Positions 23,561 through 35,700 of a stretch of DNA of 64,000 nt are shown here, piece after piece. Under the pieces are notes generated by a model. The model searched no databases and was not told the origin of the DNA. It was given only the letters and a program-made list of their open reading frames with translations. This DNA comes from Octopus sinensis. Taxonomy: Eukaryota. Where the stretch lies: NCBI RefSeq assembly GCF_006345805.1, contig NW_021836135.1:1-64000 (forward strand), written 5' to 3'. The translations under genes and the position numbers were made by a program. Numbering within the stretch: the first letter of the stretch is position 1; every line of letters begins with the position of its first letter.

Positions 23561-24060
23561 GATAAACCCAGAAGGTGTTACTGAGAATGATGACTACAAA
23601 ATCCTGAGGGATGTAATGATTCAGTGTGACCATCAGATCAGATATTAGAAACTTGATACTGTTGAGGTGAACAAAAAACGAAAACCACTTGCATGATAAT
23701 TGACATAGCATTCCCAATGACAATAGGATCAAAGAGAAAGAAGAAGAACAACTGAACAACTACGACAATTTGAAGTGGGATATATGCAGGTTGTGGACAA
23801 TGAGGAGAGTGGACATGATACCAGTAGTAATTGGTGCACTTAAAAGTATCAGCACTCAATTACTAATGAGTGCTGAAAAAGATTGGTACTAATGTAAAGA
23901 TAGAACACCTACAAAAATATTCATTGCTTGGAACTGCAAGAGTTCTACACAGGATTCCTCAAGTACGATCAGTAAACATGTGTCACATTAGTCTCCTGGC
24001 AGTGGACAGATGACACTTTCCATCATACCCAGCAACATAAGCTAAGAATTTTAATCAAAT
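23561..24060 (+). mobile_element. R4/Dong-clade LINE 3' end (restriction-like endonuclease) with 3' UTR
   Basis: ENDDYKIL.DVMIQCDHQI..K.D..IIDIAFP..IGAL..IEHLQKYSLLGTARVL; flanked by (TAA)n on both sides. Confidence 0.8.
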
Positions 24061-24093
24061 AATAACAGTAATCATAATAATATTAACAATAAC

Positions 24094-24134
<41 letters not shown>

Positions 24135-24169
24135 TACTAATAATAATGATAATAATAATAATAATGATG

Positions 24170-24540
24170 ATAATGCAAAGATCCAATGGGATTTTATGAT
24201 TCAGTGTGACCATAAGATAGACAATAGGAAGCCAGACACAGTGTTAATTGGGAAAGAAAGCAAACAATGCTGGATCATAGATATAGCAGGCCCAGCTGAC
24301 AACAAGGTATGCGATAAGGAAGAAAGAAAAGTTGACAGGTTAGCTTGGGAGGTTAAGCAGTTGTGGTAGATGAAAAAAGTGGTAGTAGTACCAATAAATG
24401 CCAGAACCCTGGGAACTGTGAGTAAAAATTTTGAGAAGTACATGAAACAAATAGGGGCTGCAGTAAGGGTGGACCACTTGCAGAAAACAGCACTGCTTGG
24501 AAGTACTTGAATACTTCAGATGGTGCTTGAAAAATACTGA
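24170..24540 (+). mobile_element. Second R4/Dong-clade LINE RLE fragment
   Basis: DNAKIQWDFMIQCDHKIDNRKPDTVLIGKESKQCWIIDIAGPADNKVCDKEERK..HLQKTALLGS (KPD..IIDIA motif). Confidence 0.85.
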
Positions 24541-24621
24541 TATATATATGATGTGGATTTGGGTTCATAATTTCCTATTGTCTTATACTCATATTCTATT
24601 TCTAGTATCCCATTGACAAAG

Positions 24622-24672
<51 letters not shown>

Positions 24673-24877
24673 TATATTATTATATGATTGAATGCCATGT
24701 ATCCTTTTCCAAGCAGAATTCTGCATATATTAATGGATTTCAATATGTATATCCCGTAAAAAGAGATTTCCTGTTGTTTGATAGCACATGATAGCCAATG
24801 CCTGCAGAGGAGCTTTGCAAAGCACGTTATAAAGTTATTACCAAGAGAATAATATAAGTGTGTGTCTGTGTGTGAAG

Positions 24878-25215
24878 GTACATGGCTCGGTGCTTAGAGC
24901 ATTGGGCTCACAATCATGAGGTAGCGAGTTTAATTCCTAGATCAGGCTGTATGTTGTGTTCTTGAGCAAGACACTTTATTTCATGTTGCTCCAATTCACT
25001 CAGCTGTAGAAATGAGTTGCTATGTCACTGGTGTCAATCTGTACTGACCATTCCCTTTTCCTTGGATAGCATTGGTGGCATTGAGAAGAGAGGCTGGTAC
25101 GCATGGGTGACTGCTGGTCTTCCACTACGAAACTTACCTGGACTTGTGCCTCAGAGTAACTTTCTAGGTGAAATCCATAGGGCATTCATGACCAAAGGGG
25201 CTCTCCAGCCTTTAC
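24878..25215 (+). mobile_element. tRNA-derived SINE family D
   Basis: catggctcggtgcttagagc (A box), gagtttaattcc (B-box-like), cttgagcaagacactttatttc..cactcagctgtagaaatgagt central domain; a decayed relative lies at ~55790-56050. Confidence 0.6.
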
Positions 25216-25419
25216 CTTATGTGTGTGCATGGACACACACACACACATACATATATGTATATATATATATACATGCACACACACAAACATATATAAATAT
25301 GTATGTATGCATGTGTAAGTATATATATATATATACATATATACACAGTAGTTTGCATAATATTACCAGATATTTCAAACATGACAGATACACACACACA
25401 CACACACACATACAAAGCT

Positions 25420-26800
25420 AACTGGGTTTGGAAAAGATGGCAGGTTTCTGAAATGATGGGAAAAGTAAATAATGTTTCATAATGAATATGACAGAAGAAT
25501 GTGAGTAAAATAGCAAATCCTCAGAGAGTACTAAAAGAAAATAGTTGGTGCATGGTTGGAATGGTTCCAGATGTAGTTGGTGTGGTACATGGCTGCATGG
25601 ATAACAGATGAAACAAAAATATGCCAGATTTTGAGATTCTGCCAAGAAGTGCTCCACCTGATACCCTCTTATGAGTCCTCTCCTGTTTATTATAGCTTTG
25701 CAGGACATATCAAAGTAATTTAAGACCAGCTGCCCATGGGACTCCATATGCTGATAATCTAAATCTCATAGTTAAAGCTGCTGAGCAATTATTGAATGTA
25801 TTCCAACTATAGAAGTAAGGCTTAAAATCAAGAGGCTATGAAGGAAATTTCACTATTGTAGTAAAGAAAGGTAACAATTTTCTTGGTATCAGGCAAGAGG
25901 CCGTGTTTTATATGTAGAAAAACAGATTAGGTTGAAATGCTGCACTGTGTAGCAAGTCAGGCTAACTGCAAAGAATGACATTGTACGAAGTAGATGCACA
26001 ACGGTAGTTAATACAAGGCGGCGAGCTGGCAGAAACGTTAGCACGCCGGGCGAAATGCTTAGCGGTATTTCGTCTGCGTTACGTTGTGAGTTCAAATTCC
26101 GCCGAGGTCGACTTTGCCTTTCATCCTTTCGGGGTCGATAAATTAAGTACCAGTTATGCACTGGGGTCGATGTAATTGACTTAATACCTATGTCTGTCCT
26201 TGTTTGTCCCCTCTGTGTTTAGCCCCTTGTGGGTAATAAAGAAATAGGTAGTTAATACAAGGAGGATTTATGAAAGAGTTATGAATACTCCAAAAGCTCT
26301 GTAGAAATAGTTTATCGCTTTTATCACAAGAAGACCTAATTAACAGCGGAAGCATACGTAGCCAGAATAAGAACTGAATGGAAAATGAGACCTATTACTT
26401 CTGTGGGTAACGGGAAATTCTGTCTGTGAAGAGTACAGTGTAGGATGGCTTATGCAAAGTTTTATCTTGTATGCTAATGCAATATGAGCATCATTCAAAG
26501 ATGGGATTCTGTGAAATTTGGAAAGAAATGAGAGCATGCTGAGATGAATGTGTAATATTAGTGTACGTGAATAACAGCACAAATGATCTGAAAGTAAAAC
26601 TGGGTTAAAAGGAATCAGATGCCATGTGCAAGACTGCAGACTACTGCTACAGGCATGTAATGTATGAGAAGGATGACCGCTGATGATAAGGATATGCCAA
26701 GTGGAAGTTCCTTGAGGGAAATGATAACTAAGGAAAGTATGAAGAGTTATAAAGGTTAATATCAAGAGGCCAAACCTTACAAAGCAAGTAACAAAGGCTT
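25420..26800 (+). mobile_element. Decayed RTE LINE (RT core to C-terminus), split by SINE A
   Basis: MSPLLFIIALQDISK*FKTSCPW..YADNLNLI (RT motifs including a YADD-like box), SGKRPCFICRK, and ERNESMLR*MCNISVRE further downstream. Confidence 0.75.
26017..26246 (+). mobile_element. SINE family A with perfect 16-bp TSD
   Basis: ggtagttaatacaagg at 26003-26018 and 26247-26262. Confidence 0.9.
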
Positions 26801-28905
26801 GCAACAAATGGTAAGCCACAAAAGGCTCATCCATTTCTTAAAGTACAGAAAACCAGGTGTAAAAATGAAAGTGACAAAATACATTGTTTCTATAGCTATG
26901 TTATATAGAAAATACATATATATACCCAGCCCTATACTCCATTTTCTTTTTAGGAGTGGGTAGCCACAACAAGACACACACCAGGCATTTCATTCATTTC
27001 CAAGGTCAAAGAGGTGAGCCCCATCCTATGCTTGGGTCAAAGCATAGAACGGAACCTTCAATATCAGCAGTGGGGCCCAACAGCATATGATCGTTTACCC
27101 CCGCTGCTTTTGCTGGTTCTGTACCCCTTTGAGCAACGTCAAATTCACTCATCTGCCCACAAACACTCTCCAAGCTTTCCTATCATTTATAAACTCTCTT
27201 GCCTCAACAAGAAGATATACAAAGTATACGTGTGTGTGTGTGTGATATATAAAATTATCATCATCATTTAACATCTATTTTTCATGTTGGCATGTGTGCT
27301 TATGTGAGTCACATTTTTATAAAACATTAAAATACATTAAAGAGTGCTCGGTATAAAGAATAAATGAATTATAAATTTAAACAAAATGTATAATCTTTTT
27401 TTTTTTAAAAAAAAAGGCAATGCAATGAAGTATTTATATGCAATTGTAGAAAGAGACAGTGATAAAAACTAAGGTGCCTTTGTCCCAATGAATGCATGAA
27501 ATAGTGGATGACAGCATCAGACACAACTTAAAGAAACGTCAAAAGAATTCCCGATGATGGTAATAACATTGAATCCTCTTCTGAAATAAGCTTTCACTTT
27601 CTATTGTCTTTTTTTTTTCTAAAGTTTTGTTTTAGTATTGTTATTTAATGAACAAAGCAACAGATTCAATTTTGATCTGAAGCTGGACAACAAGGCTGAC
27701 ATTTGATTAACATTTTCATCAGATTGTATCATTTTAAAAGTACTTAATACCGTTTAGGCTCCTTTTTTTTTTTATCTATTTTCTGTTTGCTGTTTTAATT
27801 TATTTATTTCAAATCTCTTTGCATAAATAAAAATGAAATTGGCAACAGCTAGCCATGATTGCTGTCATCTTGATTTGGGAAATCTGTTATTTATTTATTT
27901 CTATTAAATAGTACTTACATATGTACTTTAAGCATGAATTTTCTACATCAATATTCTTTACTGTCATGAAATTATTTGTGTACTGTCATATTTACAAATT
28001 TCTTACATTAAAAGTTTAAAAACCATTTAAAAAAAAGATGGGAAACAAAGCACACAAGATGATATTCATACAAAAATGTGTAAAAAAATGATATTCTTAC
28101 AACTAAATGCCAAACAATACTTATTTCCATGGAACTGGATACACACATACATGCACTCACACAAGTACATAAGTAGTCGGTAGTCAGTCTGGTTCCACCG
28201 TTCCAGGGTTTTGAAGAGTGTGGAGCCACCACTTAACCACTATTGTTCTCAGATCTACTCCAACCCAGTTAAGTAGAGCTCAAGTCAGGGTCCAAGCCAT
28301 GGATTAACTAGCACATATAATGACTATACGTCTGAGTGAGGGGACAGAAAAACGTTTAGTTGGTGACTTGATGCAGAGTAAAACCACCAGGTGTGAGGGA
28401 TTCTTCACTGTTGTTATAGCACCTCTGGAGGAGAGGGACGTAAAACATGCAGTTTCACATGATTTTTGGTCATCTCGCTTTGGCCTGTCACTAGGTATTT
28501 TTCATGAAGATTAAGAGAATGGTACTCATGTTGTACGAGCATTTATCACTATAATCAATGACATACAAATGTCTCTTTATGATGATCTTATTTATCCTTT
28601 CATCTACATGAAGTCCTATGGTTATGGAAAAGTGGTGACATATGCAGACGTAACAAGTTGGAAGTACACAGTGAGTTGCAACTTTCATCTGTCACCTATG
28701 CTCCAAACTATGCAGATCTGCAACATGACTGAGTAGTCATCTGAGAGGTCATGGATGGAAAGTTAGAAATGCTATCAAGTCATACAAAGGCTTGGGTGTC
28801 ATCTACTACAACCATAGGACAATAAATTCTTTGTGAGTGAAATTCTGTTAAAAGAAATTATGGGAAGCTCAACAAAAAATTTATGTGCTTATACATACAT
28901 ACATA

Positions 28906-29328
28906 CATCATCATCGTTTAGCGTCCGCTTTCCATGCTAGCATGGGTTGGACGGTTCAATTGGGGTCTGGGAAGCCAGAAGGCTGCACCAGGCCCAGTTT
29001 GATCTGGCAATGTTTCTACGGCTGGATGCCCTTCCTAACGCCAACCACTCCATGAGTGTAGTGGGTGCTTTTTACGTGCCACCAGCATAGGTGCCAGACA
29101 AGTCTGGCAAACGGCCACGATCAGGTGGAGCTTTTTATGTGCCACCAGCACAGGGGCCAGGTGAAGCTGGCAACGGCCACGAACGGATGGTGGTTTTTAC
29201 ATGCCACCAGCACGAGGCCAGTCGGAACGGCGCTGGCAACGGCCACGAACGGATGGTTGTGCCAGACAAGTCTGGCAAACGGCAACGAATGGATGCTGCT
29301 TTTTACGTGACACTGGCACAGACATGCC
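28906..29328 (-). mobile_element. Family C element with VNTR
   Basis: (cat)n tail, RTE-like segment and about four decayed units. Confidence 0.85.
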
Positions 29329-29340
29329 AATATATATATA

Positions 29341-29814
29341 ATCGATCAATGGAAATTGCGGATGTGCTACCAGTGCCAGTGGCATGTCGAAACTCTGCTT
29401 GTGAAGACCCATTGAGGCAAGTGAGGATCAGAATCGAAATCGATCAATGGAAATTGCAGATGTGTTACCAGTGCTGGTGGCATGTAAGAGAACTTTCCGT
29501 TTCGCGACCGTTGCCAGCACCGCCCCGTTTCGTGTCCATTGCCAGCCTCGCATGGCCCTCGTGCCGGTGGCACATAAAAAGCACCATCCGTTCGTGGCCG
29601 TTTGCCAGCTCTGTCTGGCACCAGTGCGGGTGGCACGTAAAAGCACCACTACACTCACGGAGTGGTTGGCGTTAGGAAGGGCATCCAGCCGTAGAAACAC
29701 TGCCAGATTTGACTGGGCCTGATGAAGCCTTCTGGCTTCACAGACCCCAGTAGAACCGTCCAACCCATGCTAGCATGGAAAACGGACGCTAAATGATGAT
29801 GATGATGATGATGA
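29341..29814 (+). mobile_element. Family C element including its upstream head region
   Basis: Head gaggcaagtgaggatcagaatcgaaatcgatcaatggaaattgcag matches the reverse copy at 48230-48281. Confidence 0.85.
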
Positions 29815-31063
29815 TATATACATACACACACATATATATATGCATTTATTTGCGTGTGCATGTGTATATATACAGATGTAAACAGTATCCTACCTGCAAG
29901 TGATTGATGCAGGATGGGTTGAAATGATCATTGTGAGCAATAAAGTTTCTCATATATTCCATTTTCCATCTGTCATTTGTTATATTTCCTCAACTTACAC
30001 TGAGAAATTCCTGAGGTAGATCCAGCAATTGTTGCTGGATCTACCTCAGGAATAGCTCCTGACATGGATGACGTCAGGTAGCAATAGACAGTGAACGTGC
30101 TTCATTGGCTTACTACCAGAAACATACCCAACACTTAAATATTTACTTACATATGTACATATATCTTTTGCTGATGTACAATAGTAAAAGACATACACAT
30201 CAGTGGGAAAACTAATAACTGGTGATTCTGAATAAAAATACGTTGCGGTATTTGTTCTGCCTGAGTTCCACAGATGCTTGCGTGTCACACTCACCACCAG
30301 AAGTTCAGTGAACCAGTGATGGTTCTGTTGGAAACTTATAACCAATGATGCTTGTTCGCAAAACATCAGATACAAAATAAATAAATAAGTAAATAAATAG
30401 GTAAGTGTTGAAATGTCCAACATATTGTATTATTGGAAGTAGTAGTATCAATATTATTTAGCAGTATAACTTCATCAGATTGTTTCAGTTCAGCTGTTAT
30501 GGGTATATCTTGGATAGGGATGCACTTCACTGCACTGCACTGCACTATAGGCACTGTTTAAAGAATAAATCTTCAGTGATGCTACAATAATCTGATGAGT
30601 TGCAGGACTCAGCTACTTCGATAACAATAGATATATATATATATATATAGGTATATCAGTTTGTGTGCAGTGTGTATGTATATGAATATCACACAAAATG
30701 TAGTATTTAATATAATTGAATGTTAAATGCTGCCTAACATTTCAGTTACTTGTTTATTTATATATTCAATAGCATAATACTTATCAAAAATAATAGGATT
30801 TATTTAAGTATATAGAACACAATATGCAAAAGTAAAATTTATATATTGGCTTCTAATGTAGCTTTTATATCTATCTGGCTGGCATTGGTCTGGAAAAAAG
30901 GAGCCCAAAAGCAGGGAATGTTAAGAAAAGCAGAAGAAAATAGGAAATACCTAATCATGGATAATCTGCAAGTGGAATAATGGTGTAACATGAGATGGAA
31001 GAACAAGTCACTATCAAACAGTTATATATGTGTGTGTGTTTACATTTACACACATGTTCAACA

Positions 31064-31184
<121 letters not shown>

Positions 31185-31324
31185 CACACACACAGTTATG
31201 TTATATTCCATTAGGAACGTGGTAGAGTACAGTATAAAGTTTGTCCACCTTCAGAATTTCCCTACTATTGGTAGTATTATTATATAATTCCAAGTTTATG
31301 CTTGGGTGTTCGTGTGAATGTAAA

Positions 31325-31640
31325 ATTAAAGAAATTGAAGTCAAGAAGAAGGCGTATCATTGTACATTTATTTATTATTCACTACAATTGTTTCGATGCA
31401 ACGTAGTTCTCCAGGAATATAGGTTTTTGATTATGCAACTGTTTGTTTGCATAATGGTATCTAGTTGTGTTTCCTCAGGTGATATGAGTGTTGTCTCCAT
31501 TAGTTTAAAATCGTTGACTTCAGGGCCATCTTCTCTGTTTATCATGGTTAGAATTTAGTCATGGCTGATAGACTCGTGATGTTTGCCAGAGTTGGTATAA
31601 GAAGGTTATTATTAGGTGACAGTGTTGCTCCTACAGTTGG
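31325..31640 (-). mobile_element. Penelope-like 3'/pseudo-LTR fragment, inverted relative to 32290-32580
   Basis: ctagttgtgtttcctcagg..gtctccattagtttaaaatcgt is the reverse complement of acgattttaaactaatggagataac..cctgaggaaacacaactag. Confidence 0.55.
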
Positions 31641-31963
31641 GAGTGACTGTGTGAGAATTAGAGCGCAAGGTTAGGAAATAAGTAGAGAGATGTGTGTGTG
31701 TATTTACATTTATGGGAGTGATCATGTGAGAGTCAGCATGCAAGGTTGGAGACAATTTGAGAGATATGCGCGTGTGTGTGTGTGACTAAAAGTATGTATA
31801 TACACATGCACTTCACTATATGTATGTGCAAGTCAAAGTGGTAGGTTTGCTTACTTACCTATGTGTATGTATGTGGGTATGTATATTTACCCACAAGTGC
31901 ATGAGGGTATATATATAAGTGCATAAGTGTATATCATGATGGGTGTATGAATATATGTACATT

Positions 31964-32012
<49 letters not shown>

Positions 32013-32219
32013 AATTGCGTAAATAAAGGCATGTATATATGCATATGTATGGGAATGTATGTGCGTGTTTGTATATGTGAGTGCTTGTATGGGTAAATAT
32101 AGGCATATATACATAGGTTTCTGTGGGAAAGTGTATGTGTGAGTTTTTATGTGCGTATGTATCTGACCACTGAATGCTAAAAATCAGCCAAAGAGTTTCA
32201 TATGTGTAGCCAACCATGA

Positions 32220-32580
32220 ACAGACCAGAGATACAAAGAGAAGGTCAATTCCATTTAAATTCCAGCCAGTACCATCTACTACCATTTATAGCAGTCTGAC
32301 AAGCACGCTCTCATAGCAAACACCATGGGTCTATCAGCCGCTACTAAATTCAAACTACAATGAACAGAGAAGCTGGTCCTGAAGTGGACGATTTTAAACT
32401 AATGGAGATAACACTCGTATATTGCCTGAGGAAACACAACTAGATCCCATTATGCAAACAAACAGGTGCATAATCAAATACCTGTATTCTTGGAGAGCTA
32501 CAAGAGTTGAAATAATTGTAGCGAATTATAAATAAATGTCCAACTGTACTCCTTCTTCTTGACTCCACTTACTTCAATTT
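32220..32580 (+). mobile_element. Penelope-like 3'/pseudo-LTR fragment
   Basis: Inverted partner of 31325-31640. Confidence 0.55.
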
Positions 32581-32879
32581 TATATATATATATATATATA
32601 TATATGGAAATAGATATATGCATGTATATATATATATATATATATGCGAGTGGACAAATAAAAGAAAGTAGCACTCAACACATCTGGTAGAGGTTGCATA
32701 TATTTTTAAATCACAGTTTGACTCAGCTCCAAATGACTTAAAGTTTTGAGGTTATGAAGAATGCATCCAGAGAAAGAGATATATATATATACACACATTT
32801 TGACTAATGTAAATTAAGAATCTAGAATCAATGATTAATATGTCATACATAAGATGAAAAGTATGGAAGAATATATATG

Positions 32880-33632
32880 TTCCATAGCCTGTTTTTCCTT
32901 ACTGGTTTTTACCCATGGTTGGTATAACAAGATTATTATTAGGTGATGATGGTGTTTCTACAGTTGGGTGAATGGATGTCAATGTCGTTAAATAGATTGT
33001 GGAAATATACTTGAGAAAAAATTTATTATATGAAGAGATTCATATTTGGCTATTTATTCTATCTGTGGTTTGGATCCCAGAAATACCCACCTTTCTCACT
33101 CACCACCTTTTCTTTTGTAAAGTAGACTCCTGGTGAGGTATAGCTTGTACACCTTGATGAATTTCTGAGTTAGTACTAGCACCAGCATTTGTTATTCATA
33201 TCTTGATTGGTAGATCATTCCATAGATGCTATAACTAGTGCAGTGGTCATGAAGGGACTTTGGGCTATTTCTCATAACAGTGTATAAACAAATTGTAGGA
33301 TAAACAAGGGATTGTACTCACTGCCATGTTTGTATACCATAAGTGGATTGCTGTAGGAATTATATTAGGGAATTTGCATGATGTTTACTATTTTTGGGGT
33401 GTATAGGTTCATCTAGAATTCTACATAATGCTTGAAAATTTTGAGCGTACAGTTTGCGGGGCTTCTGTATTTGGGCCATAGTTATTTTGTATGAGGGGTT
33501 TATGGTAAAGGTGTTGGTAGACCTACAATAGTAGCAACTATTCTGTCTCTGTCTTTAGCAATATGGGAAAAGTTACCAGTCTACCACCACTGACATCAAG
33601 ACATATCAACCCACGAGGTTTTCTTCAGTTAT
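32880..33632 (-). mobile_element. Decayed Penelope-like linker/GIY-YIG region with degenerate hammerhead upstream
   Basis: Broken frames give RILDEPIHPKNSKHH, YNSYSNP and HCTSYSIY..TQKFIKVY; ctgaaga-a-aacc-tcgtg-ggtt-gata-tg-tc lies at 33597-33632. Confidence 0.4.
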
Positions 33633-33654
33633 GAACAAAATTTCTAATCTTTAA

Positions 33655-33875
33655 CCCTTTTGATACCAAGCTGCATGAAACCACCTCTGATTCTGTATTA
33701 TAAATATCTTGTTTTCAAAAGTTCTGAATTGCAATCTACCAAACCTTAGTCATAATTTATGTTCCTAACACTAGCCTAATGATAACTAAGTTATTTTACT
33801 AAATTCTTTGTTATATTTAAAATTAATTGAAAGAAACACAGAGTATCTCAGCAGAAATATGGTAACAAAAAAGTC
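33655..33875 (+). mobile_element. piggyBac-type MITE
   Basis: TTAA|CCCTTTtgatacc at 33651; decayed reverse end ggtaacaaaaaagtcaa. Confidence 0.6.
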
Positions 33876-35494
33876 AAAATATTTTTGTGTAGAACATTTT
33901 TAACATATGTAAATTAATGCCATTTACCCATCTGAGATATTTCCCTTAGCCTGTTCAATGTATATATGATGCAAATTATATACTGGCCAAAACTTTTTCC
34001 TAACTCTTTTTCATATGTAAAATTCTACATAAACTGATCAATCAGGCTTGAGATGACTGTACTATATAATGAAACTTGAAACAGTTATTTCTTGCCTGCA
34101 CACAGAAATAGACTTTTCCTAACCTAACCTAACCTTCTAATCTTGTAAATTAACTTACAGAAATTAATTCTTAATTTCTTAAAAAAAAATTACCTGTCCT
34201 TTTCTTTTAAAAGTAGCAAGCAATTGCCACTAGGTTATTGTTTTCTTTCTATAACCAAGAAGGACAATTCACTTCATCAAGTATTTTTAATGGACAGCAT
34301 CCAATACATCCTTTAACACAGTTACATAATTAGAAGTTGGTAATTTTCTCTGTATTTCTCTTTTATATGTAAAAATCAATAGCTTCAGATATATATATTT
34401 TCCCAAAATATTTTTCATCGTCATATTTTCTACTTTCATAAATGCTTCAAACAACAGTTAATTTTTTAGAATTGCTCTATTTATATACAGAACCAGAAGA
34501 ACATTGTTCTTGCTTAAGCATTTATTCCATTTCCTGTAATAACTTTGGACATCATTCACCAAATTCATCCAAGAAAAGAGCAATAATTCTTTTGAGAATA
34601 AATATAAAAATATTTTTTTGTGGCAGATTAAGATTCAAAATATTCATATAAAAGTCTGATTATTAATATGGATTCGTTTTATTTTTTAATTTGATATGAA
34701 ATTATTAAGAAAATTTATAAATCATCCACTTAAAATAGATGATTTATTTAAAAAAAAGAAATGAAAAATTCAAATATGCCATCTACTTTATATATGTGTC
34801 TATTAGTATGAATTTAATTTCCAATTACAAAATATTGGACAAAAACTGAGATAAAATGAAAAAGACTTCTCTTGACAAGATAATCACAAAAGCTTGCTTC
34901 AGAATCTACCACCTACTTTCTTACAGCTATTTTCAGTTTTCTGATTCACATTTGGCTGGCAGAGCTAGTTAATTTAGTTGAAAAGAAGCTGAGAATATTA
35001 ACTGTTTTCTTTTCCTTATTTTTTCCTATTTCAAGAAATATCATTTTTATTAACTGATTATGACACAGATGGAAACTTGTTAAATTCTATGAAGAAATAA
35101 TGACTGTTTTTACCATGTTACTTTAGTGAAAGAGTATCAAGTACTATATAATAGTTTGCTTGAATTATGATGATTAAGAAATAAAGAAATTGTTTGAAAA
35201 ATTACTCAGAAGTTTGCAATAGAAATATTACTTTCCTTGAGTTCTGTTTTAAGAATATTTTCTTAACATTTATTTTCAAATATGACATTAAATAAACTGT
35301 TTAACATTATGTGTAACAATTTTGCTAGAGACTGATTTATGAAAGCAACAGATAAAGTTGCTAAGCTTAACTGAAAATTGCATAGTTAACTGATTTCTCT
35401 GACATCTATTCAAACCAGTATTTTCACTCTCAAACTTACCAACGTGAAGAAATGAGGCTTCATACTTAGAGAACATAGAATTAATAACTTAAAT

Positions 35495-35700
35495 GTTTGG
35501 CTGTTACTGGTGATTAAGCCCAGGTCAACCCTGACTGAGCAGATCTAACATCGATGATATTTCAGCCATAACCAACCATTCTGTTTTAATTTTAGATATA
35601 GTATATCTAAAACTTCATTATCTAATGTCTTTCCTTAAGATGATAACAACTTTTTTTAGCAACCTGAGCAAAAAGAGACTTCCCTCTTTGGTTTGTAACT
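35495..35700 (-). repeat. Decayed interspersed repeat family E (related copy ~46620-46800 on the + strand)
   Basis: Shared tatcatctta..aaagac..ataatg.agtt block; too decayed to classify. Confidence 0.35.

Noticed and set aside
28320-28760. Possible CR1-like remnant on the minus strand (LHSLEHR, CMFY)
   Set aside because: Only short scattered motifs; too decayed to call by eye.
34118-34136. (CCTAA)3 as an interstitial telomere repeat
   Set aside because: Only three units, expected by chance; molluscan telomeres are TTAGGG-type.
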